From the human T2T-CHM13v2.0 reference genome, Homo sapiens: a DNA stretch of 64,000 nucleotides. A model generated the notes under the pieces. It was not told the DNA's origin, searched no databases, and saw only the letters and a program-made list of their open reading frames with translations. The position numbers were made by a program, and so were the translations under genes. Positions 55,475 to 64,000 of this stretch are shown here, piece after piece. The number at the start of each line of letters is the position of its first letter. Position 1 is the first letter of the stretch. The stretch lies in the NCBI RefSeq assembly GCF_009914755.1, contig NC_060940.1. One strand, written 5' to 3'.

Positions 55475-55958
55475 TGTGACATCAGCACTTTGTTTTTCCT
55501 CCAAAGAACCACTGCTCCATACTCTTAGCTCCTGTGGCTTCCAAGAAGATGACAGTGTCCAGCTCCCCCACTGGTATGCCTACGTGGCTACGAGCCTGGG
55601 CATGGGACCCAAGTCTATCCAATGAGACTTGATCCAGAAAAGCTGCTGAAACATGCAAGAAAGAATCTCTCCCTCTTGAAGAGGCTGAGCTGTGAGAATG
55701 TAACTTGGAGCTGCTGCTGGACAACTTCCCACTACTTGAGTACAGCCTGGCTGATATGATAAAAAAAAAAAAAAAAAAAAAAGAAAGAAAAAGAAAAAAA
55801 CAGATGAAAGCAGAGCTAATATAAGAAAGTCTTGATAGCATCCCTTGAGACTCTAGATCCAGCTATGCCTGAAACAAAACTTACAATCCCTTTTCTATTT
55901 AACTCAGTTTGACTGAAGTCTTTTTCTCACTTGCAACCAAAGCATTTTTACTAAAACA
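55475..55958 (+). mobile_element. MaLR solo LTR (MLT1K-like) with an internal poly-A expansion
   Basis: GGGCATGGGACCCAAG...TGGAGCTGCTG...CTAGATCCAGCTATGCCTGAA...TCACTTGCAACCAAAG. Confidence 0.75.
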
Positions 55959-57100
55959 ATCATTTTAACCACTTTTCCATTAAACATTTTTATTAGAATT
56001 TTTAAATAAGTCAAATAATAAGGGTTGAATCTCTCATTAAAGATAAGTTGGCATCAAGGAGCAGCACGATGGATCTACCGAGTATATTTTATTAACTGTT
56101 TGATATTTCTAGATTTAACTCATCCCCTTTTGAAGAAGATCAACTTCCAACCAATCATACATATTTAATAAAAGTTTTCTAGTCAGGTCAGCATTTTGAA
56201 CTTCTACTTCCTACACCTAGGAGATTTTTTAAAGAAACTGTAGAATTTTTATTATTCTACAGTAAATCCCTTGCTTATTACAAATTAGCTGTAGAAATTG
56301 CTGGAAAAAATCTCACAATTTGGTACAGTTATACTACATCCATTTAAAATAAATTGAATTTTAAAACTCACTCTTATCACCATCTTTGACATAATTCTTC
56401 TGCATAAACAATTTAGTCAATGTAGATAAGGCTACATTAAATTTGCAACATTTGGAATAGAAGGACCCAGCTTAAAACCTCACTCCCCCAAAAGAATGAG
56501 TATATATCATTCAAATATGAATTTAGAGTAAAAACTCAAATGTGTCTTCATATTAGCCCATTTGTCTATCTTCAAATTCTTCTTTTACAAACAAAGCAAA
56601 ATTGAATTAAGATTAAAGATAGAATGTTAATCATACAAGAAGGGCCATTTTCCAGGGCCTGGCATGTTTTACACAAGCATGAAACATATTTAAGAGAACA
56701 TGGCCTCCCTGAGGAAGAGATTAAGGATACAAACCTAGGAAACAAAGAAAATAAAACGATCTACCTCAAAGGGATAAGATTAACCTGTGAGAAGCTCATG
56801 CGGACCTTAAATAAAAGCCTCTACTCCTTATATTTTTAAACAGGATTTTTCTTTTTTTTTTAGAGCACTAATTCCACCTTCAAAATATATTTGAGTTTGT
56901 AAGTATACTCAACAAAAATCCTGTCCTTTCTTATTAACCATACTCAAAACAGATTCTCTAAAATAGTTATGACACCATTAACATTTCATGAAATCCAAAA
57001 CAAATGTGTCTTCCAAAAAAATAAATGTTTTCATTCATAAATGGCTAATATGGTTTTAAATTATGTTATCACAAATTTTGCATCATTCCCCCTTAATAAC

Positions 57101-57382
57101 CATTTAAGAATGTTTCCTTCCAAATAGCTATTAAGAGAGAAAGGATGTTTCATCATGCATACACACACATAAACACACACTCCTTGTTTATGTCATTGTT
57201 TTTAATGGTGCAGTAGGATTTCCAAATTCTTCAAGTTTCACACATTCAAGAATGTTTCCTTCCAAATAACTATTAAGAGAGAAAGGATGTTTCATCATGC
57301 AAACACACACATAAGCACACATTCCTTGTTTATGTCATTGTTTTTAACAGTGCAGTAGGATTTCCAAATTCTCTGTTTCACA
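57101..57382 (+). repeat. Tandem duplication with a 142-bp period, two copies
   Basis: 57101-57242 and 57243-57382 both read AAGAATGTTTCCTTCCAAATA.CTATTAAGAGAGAAAGGATGTTTCATCATGCA...GTGCAGTAGGATTTCCAAATTCT. Confidence 0.97.
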
Positions 57383-57439
57383 TGTTACTTCCTAAATTAC
57401 TGCCTCACTGACTGGGAAGTTGAATTGGCAACACCAGCC

Positions 57440-57975
57440 AATCCTCAGGTCCAAGGATGTTGTCCTTGCATTTCCTGTCTCCTTCCTCTTGAAGGACTCA
57501 AATTCATTTCATTCATCTGCTTTACTACAAACAGAAAGACTCCATCTTTGGTTGTTCAGCCCCAAACTCTCTCTTGAGTTCCAGTGCATGACTCTGTGAG
57601 AATATACCACTGAAATATCCAAAATGAGCTTGATCTGGTTATCTTTCCTCAAAACCAGCTTCTCCTCTCTCCGCTCTGCTTCCACTCAAGGTCTTACCAT
57701 TCGTCCAGGCCCCAAATTCAAACACCCTCAATCGTTTCTGCTTCCTCTTTCTGCCTTCCAGTCGGGAGGTTCTGTTTAGTGCTTTCTTTTCTTTTGCATC
57801 CAAATTCACATCTCCTTGATTCAAATCCTTCCCATACCTTACCTCAACTGGGTGATGGCATCCTACTCCCGGTCTCTCCTACTCTTGCCGGGGCCTACAC
57901 CATTCTACTCAAAAGGTCAGATCAATCTTTACAAAAGTAAAACTCTAACCAATCCACCGGTCCACTTAAAATTTT
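57440..57975 (+). mobile_element. L2 LINE fragment
   Basis: AGAAAGACTCC...CAGCCCCAAACTCTCTCTTGAGTTCCAG...CATCCTACTCCCGGTCTCTC...CACTTAAAA. Confidence 0.65.
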
Positions 57976-57978
57976 TCA

Positions 57979-58286
57979 GGCTGGGCGCAGTGGTTCACAC
58001 CTGTAATCTCAGCACTTTGGGAGGTCAAAGGCAGGAGGATCACTGGCGGCCAAGAGTTCAAGACCAACCCTGGTGACACAGCAAGACCCTATCTCTGCAA
58101 AAAATAAAATGAAAAAGTTAGCCAAGCATAGCGAACACACACCTGTGGTCCCAGCTACTCAGGAGGCCTGAGTAGCTGGGACCACAGGTATGTGTGCATC
58201 TCTTGAGCCTGGGAAATTGAGACTACAATAAGCCATGGTCACTGCACTCAAGCCTGGGTGACACAGCAAGACTCCATCTCAAAAAA
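57979..58286 (+). mobile_element. Alu SINE (AluJ-type) with an internal fold-back inversion
   Basis: GGCTGGGCGCAGTGGTTCACACCTGTAATC...AGCCTGGGTGACACAGCAAGACTCCATCTC; palindrome at 58141-58189. Confidence 0.95.
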
Positions 58287-58324
58287 TATTTATGTGTATA
58301 TATATATTCCTCGAATGCACTCAG

Positions 58325-58882
58325 TTGCAGACACCGTTGACTTTCCAACAGCCTTCTTCCTTGCTAACAGAGCATAACACTAATTAATTATGCTCACGTA
58401 GCAATGCCCAGCCTCAAGGGATATTGGATTGGTCTAAACTGATCAAAGTAATCTTCCTCTTTGCTAGTGAGTAGCCTAGGGTTGGTACGCAACCCATTTC
58501 TGACCAATAAGATAAAAGAGACGGTCTAGTGGAAAAGCTTTTCCTTCTTGCCAAGAGATGTACAGGAAGAGAAAGTACTCATTTGTGACCACTCCCACCA
58601 CCATCACCTTGCTTCTTATTTTGTGTGTTTTCATGTGACGATGTGACACCCAGAGCTACAGCAGCCAACTTGTAGCCATGGGAAGACTGATAAAACTCCA
58701 AGGATAGCAGAATAAAAAGAAAATCAAAGAAGGGCTCTTCAAGACATGATTGAACCATCCAAAACAACCTGGCACTGCCAACCCAAAGACTTCTTTGAAG
58801 GTAAACAAGTGTCTTTTATGGTTTATGCCACCATTTGTTGAGTTTTCTGTTCTCTGCAGCCCAAAGCACTCTAACTGATAAA
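58325..58882 (+). mobile_element. MaLR solo LTR (MLT1L-like)
   Basis: CTTCTTCCTTGCTAACAGA, GATTGGTCTAA, TTCTGACCAATAAGATA, GAGCTACAGCAGCCA; ends TGCAGCCCAAAGCACTCTAACTGATA. Confidence 0.8.
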
Positions 58883-58925
58883 CTTAGAAAGAGCAAACTC
58901 TTGACCTTAGAAGGCCCTCTGCTTG

Positions 58926-59087
58926 ATGTGCTACTCAAAGTGTAGTCTACAGACCCACAACCTTAGCATTGCCTGGGAGCCCAGCCCTGGGCCCATGAAT
59001 CAGAATCTCCAAGGGTAAAGTCCAAAAGCCTGTGTTATAACAAGCTCCCAGGTGGTTCTTGTGCATGGTAAAGTTTGAGAAACACTG
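58926..59087. mobile_element. MER5A/B-like element
   Basis: GTGCTACTCAAAGTGTAGTC...TGAATCAGAATCTCC...AACAAGCTCCCAGGTGGTTCT...AAAGTTTGAGAAACACTG. Confidence 0.85.
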
Positions 59088-59329
59088 CCCTACAAAATGA
59101 TCACAAATTATTTTTTACCATCTCAGCTACTACCGTACATAGCATGAGATGCACTTGATCTGCAATTTGTCTGGTGGCAGTAACCTTTCCGGGTTTGAGC
59201 ATCATTTGTTGCTCCTTTAGTTTCTTCTCCTCTTAATCAAAATCTTCAAACTTGAAGCCTTCAGGTCCTGAGAGGATTACAAAGGTCTGAATATGAGACA
59301 GGCTGTGAAACAGGCCGTGATGAACTATG

Positions 59330-59530
59330 GGGTACAGGCACATCTGAAGGACACCGAGCAGATGTTGCCATACAAGGATATTGGTTCAGTGTTGCCAGAT
59401 GTCTAAAGAAAAGCTGGAATCCAGATTTATATGCAAAGTTTTTTAGATATAGACAACCAAGCCTTTTTTAATACTCTGCAGATTAAACAAATTTTCAAGT
59501 GGATTCACATCCAGCTGAGTTTGTGACATG
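59330..59530. mobile_element. MER103-like hAT-Charlie fragment
   Basis: CAGTGTTGCCAGATG...AAGCTGGAATCCAGATTTATATG...GTTTGTGAC. Confidence 0.6.
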
Positions 59531-60249
59531 AAGTAGATTCCTTGAAATATCGACACATACTTTGAAAACTGTGACCACCTACATGCATTGACTTCATTTG
59601 AAATGACTAAAATTAATTTTCTTTGGCTAACTATATGCTAGTCTCTACTGAGCACAGGGTCTTCATCAGTAGCCCAGCATCTGGAGTGGTCAAATAGTTT
59701 GTGGACCTCTAGTTAGGAGCAGCAGGACTGTTTTATCCATTAGTCACTATACACCACACACTTAGAACTGCAAGCTTCTCATGGGCCCACAACAATGTTT
59801 AAAATGTGAGAAAAAAATAAACTGGCCACACATCACCAGAAAACTACAAAATTACAACTAATAGATGTGAAGCTAAATATTTACAAAATGTAAACTAAGT
59901 CAACGGATCCATATCAACTCAGATATGGTATCATATCACATTAGATTAAATGCAGGATGTGGATGCATTTTAATGTTTGATGGGGCATGGAAGGGAGCTC
60001 AGATCAATAGTGCTTAGAGCTGCCAAGGTTCTAAAAAGGCCCTGGGTACCAACCTGAAGCCAACCATTCTGTGGTAAGTCTGGTCTTCACAGGTGTCACA
60101 AATTTCTTTACGCAGCTCTACTCCATTCTATTGAACTGTCTACATAGTTGGACATGGGAGCAGAACTGTCCACATAGTTGCATGTAAACCATAAATGACT
60201 TATTAAAAAGTTATGTTTGGATCCTCATCTACATATGAATTTAAGACAA

Positions 60250-60555
60250 GAAGTACAAGAATCAGCACACAAGCAAGTTTTGAGGGTCCCACATAATGAT
60301 TTTAATTATTTTTTGTTAATTTATTCCAACATTTAAAATTCATGATAATTCACATAAAAACCCAGATTATCATCCTCTTGAAAAAAGAATTGTAAAGTAT
60401 AGAGATATTGGACCCAAATGTTGGCATGGCAACACTCTACTAATGCTGACGAAGGCTATCCCTTTAAATGGGGTATGTTCTCTACTTGGCCGCAAACCCT
60501 GTCTCCATGTAGGCTAACTTGCTGTCCCAAGAGACAATTGAGTTTATGCCCCCTA
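60250..60555. mobile_element. MER102-like hAT-Charlie fragment
   Basis: CCAACATTTAAAATTCATGATAATTCACATAAAAACCCAGATT...CTCTTGAAAAA...GCATGGCAACA...CCCTTTAAATGGGGTATG. Confidence 0.65.
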
Positions 60556-61084
60556 GTTTAAGGCTCTTAGGAAAACCTTATTTCTTTTTCACAATGTGGC
60601 TTCAATATCTTACGTGAAGACCTGTCGTGATAGGATACAGGAATCTCTCAATCTAAGAAGAGTTTCAATCAAATTCCCCCCAATATGTTCTCAATTTGAA
60701 CCATGATCCCCAAGAAGATTGACAAATGACAAATTACCCTGCAGTTTCTTTTGCCCTTCAAGCTAGCCAAGGCAGAAGCCCAATCAGGTGGAGTCAAAGC
60801 ACTAATATAAGAATGTCTTAATTAATCAAAGTGATCAATAAATAATACACATAATAATTAGAAAGCAAAGTCTGGGACTGATAGAATAAAAACAACATAG
60901 CACTAATCTAAGTAAGGGTGAGAGGTCAATAGCCATAATTCAAAAGGAAAAGCCCTAAAAATATGCAGAAATAGCTAGTAACTGGAGTTTAGTCCAAGTT
61001 TGTTAACAACCCACTGTATGATTTCACCTCACACCCACATTAAACACAGTATCTTATTTTGGGATGGCAGAATTCTGACAACTA

Positions 61085-61295
61085 CAGGTTGAGTATCCCT
61101 TATCTGAAATGCTTAGATCTAGAAGTTTCAGATTTAGGGGTTCTTTGGATTTTGGAATATTTGCATTATACTTACCAGTTCAGCATCCCTAATCCAAAAA
61201 TCTGAAATCCGAAATGTTCCAATGAGCATTTCCTTTGACTGTCACATCAGTGCTCTAAAAAGTTTTGGATTTTGGAGTATGTTGGATTTCAGATT
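61085..61295 (+). mobile_element. Tigger4a (MER46A/Zombi)-like DNA transposon
   Basis: TA followed by CAGGTTGAGTATCCCTTATCTGAAATGCTT...GGATTTTGGAATATTTGCATTATACTTACCAGTTCAGCATCCCTAATCC. Confidence 0.9.
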
Positions 61296-63559
61296 AGTGC
61301 TAAATTATATTTGCTAATTGATATTCTGTGTATTGTTTTCTTACTGGTGAAAAGACAAATTGAACTCAGGAAAGAAAAATTACAAATATATAGTCAAAGA
61401 GTCACCAGATCATTTGAGCAACATAATGAGTTTTTATTTCTTAATATACAGGGTTTAATTTGTTAACCACACCAGAAAAAGAAATGTTCAAACAGTCGAC
61501 TTTCTACTTGAAATTAAAATGGAAATTAGCCCTTAGGAAACAGTGATGACTTTAAGTTTATACATCAGTGGCTGGTTCATGAATTATTAACTGATTTTAA
61601 TGATCCTGGCTATATTTTATTTGAAGTTATTCTCCTACTTGCAACGACTTTTGAACCCACAAAACTCTTTCATCCATTCTCCACAGACACAGTACACTTT
61701 CATGAGCACTGACATTTGAAAAGGATCCATATACTCACAGAATGTAAAGATAATACACATGCATATAATTGATACAAAGGACTCTGGTCATTTGTTAAAG
61801 AGAGTAATGAATGAAACCCTATTATTCACGGTTTGTAAATAAATTTAAAGATAAGCGCTAACTTTCACTTGTTAAGCCTAGAGCCAAGAGTTCGGTGTTT
61901 CTTCTAAAGTTTCCCAGATGGTCATTAAAACAAGAGAGGGAAGAAACATACTTTCTTTGAAATCCATCATTTCCCATCCAGAAAGATAATACATGTCATC
62001 AAAAGTTAAGTCTTTAGAGATTAATTAATAATGTGAGTATTTTCAAATAAAATAAATGCATGTCTTTATATGCTAGTTTTTACATTTTCAGTATAAACCT
62101 ATATTGAACAGCACCACTTCAGACACACAAATTAGCTGTGAAACAAAATGCTATAAACCTTTAATTAGCACTTGCTGCTTTATACCCATAAAGTTAATAC
62201 TTCCTCTTCTACTATATTCTCTGTAAAGGAAAATTATGGGAAATAAAATTGTGTTTTTCACTTCCGAAAATAAAAGTAGCAAAATATAGTATTGTGGCTC
62301 AGTTTAAAGATAGTTATATTTTTACTTGCAAGGAAGTCAATACAAAGATCCCTTACAATAAGTATAATTTGATTCCTACCAATATTAAGCGCTATGTCTA
62401 ACTTTCATAACTTGGGTACACAGAGCACTGATGACGATCAGATTGCTAAATAAGTAAGAAAGCAAGTTATTTCAGGCAAATAGCTGCATTAAGAAAATAC
62501 GACAGTAAGCCAACTTGTATCCACACTCCTGAAGCTGAACAAGCATCTCAATAAATAATGTCTGTTTTCAAGCTTTATATACCCTCCCTGAAATAAATGT
62601 TCTGAGCTTAAATAGACTCAAAATAGCCTTTCTCAGAAAATAAAAAAGAGACACACACAAAACACCCCCAATTTCCTCTGGTCCCTTGAAGTACCCTTGG
62701 GATCCCAGTGAACAGAGATTTGCCACGCATTGCAGTGACTGCATTTGTACAATAGGTTTCTATTTTGGTGTCATTCGAGTGTTGCAGATCTTAAATCAGA
62801 GAAAGAAGGAGTTACATTAGGCAAGGTAATGGCTTCCAAAAATAAGAGCATGCCCAGTTTATACAAGGCTTGCATCCACATGCTAAGTTGTAAGGAGATA
62901 AATAATACCCCACTGGAACAATTAGGTAGATTCTCAGAAACACTACATACTTAATTAGGCTGCCTAAGTCCCTTACTGAGCATACATGGGGGACTTTTTA
63001 AAGCATTTAATAACCTGAGTAAATCCAAAATCAGAGGACACAAACTAATCCTTAACTCTGGCTCCAGCGATCGGCCTTTTCTTGCCTCTCTATAAATGCT
63101 TAGCGTAGCCCTTAGAATTCGGAGAGCAGGAACGCTCCAACCACCAAAGGGTTAAAGCACACGGAATAAAGTCCCCTCGATCTATATTTTTTGGGAGGCC
63201 CCTCTGTGCCAGACGCTGAGCTGGGCGATGATGACACGCGAGGGCGAGCAAGAGAGACCCTAATGGTCTTTTACAAACTTCAGCACTAGAGTTGGGAACG
63301 CAGTATAAACAAATAGAAAGGAACACGAGCCTCCATCAGCCACGGGGCACAGCAAACTGTTCCTCACTCTAGATGCAATTCCTCCTCTTCCTGTTATTTA
63401 TTCATTAGTTTTGTTTAGCACCTTTCTTTCAGCAGGCTCCTTATTTCCTCCTGTTATCCAAGCAATCACAAACAAACTACGATTTGAAAGAAAAAGAGAG
63501 GGAGGAGGGAGGAGCAGGAGGAAGGGGAAAGAAAACCACATTCAAAAGGCACAGGCCAT

Positions 63560-64000
63560 TCAGAGCCCGGCTGTTTCTCTGAATCTCGCCCTCAGGGTGA
63601 TGTTTTCGACAAATTCGGCGCTGGGGGCTTCAGGGAGGACAGAGGACACCGGATGGTGGGGGGGAATTCCGCGCGGCCCGGGTACCAGGGCTGCGACTCT
63701 CGCCCGCCTCGCTGCTCCGAGCGACGCCCGCTGCCCTTCTGAGGTCCACCTCGCCACCTGGAACGCTCGGTCCTCGAAGTTGGCGCAGGGGGAGGTGGAG
63801 AAGGTGGAGTGACCCCAGGGTGTGGTGTGGAGGTCTCCAATCCCGATCTCCCCGAAATGCAAAACTTAGCCCCCCCAAAAAAATGAGAGGAAAGAAGCCA
63901 CTTACTCTAAGCGGGGAGGGGCGGGCACCCCGGTTCCGAGGTCCAAAGTGCCCTAACGAAAGGGCAGCAAAGGCCACCTGCGGGGTCCCACCACTTCCCC
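63560..64000. promoter_or_regulatory. Edge of a CpG island / promoter-proximal region, probably continuing beyond the window
   Basis: Sharp rise in GC and CpG content in non-repeat sequence (CCGCGCGGCCCGGG, CGCCCGCCTCGCTGCTCCGAGCGACGCCCG); GC box GGGGCGGG at about 63918; kB-like GGGGAATTCC at 63661-63670. Confidence 0.8.

Noticed and set aside
63411-63977. Overlapping 80-130 aa ORFs at the right end
   Set aside because: Such ORFs are expected in GC-rich CpG-island DNA, and I recognise no protein similarity.

Overview
Primate (human-like) genomic DNA. I find no protein-coding exon, RNA gene or prokaryotic-type system that the sequence supports. The ORF-track entries come from Alu, L1, L2 and LTR repeats, microsatellites or chance. 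The window contains about 16 Alu copies, old L1, L2 and MIR fragments, six MaLR solo LTRs and several hAT or Tc1/mariner DNA-transposon relics. It ends at the edge of a CpG-rich promoter-like region (about 63.55-64 kb). All recognisable L1 3' ends and MaLR LTRs lie on the + strand, and the + strand looks A-rich. Together these suggest a large 5' intron of a gene transcribed on the - strand, which I cannot name. The most unusual signal is a set of DNA-repair or template-switch scars. (1) A 63-bp copy of a neighbouring Alu junction replaces part of an LTR at 7.9 kb. (2) A 148-bp copy of sequence from 3.5 kb away is captured in a (TA)n tract with fold-back arms at 10.1-10.45 kb. (3) A 23-bp perfect fold-back palindrome sits inside an Alu at 58.15 kb. 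(4) There are 142-bp and 25-bp tandem duplications. These are locally interesting but fit known mechanisms; I see no evidence of a new biological system. Repeat subfamily names are recognised by eye from consensus motifs, and the boundaries of old repeats are approximate.
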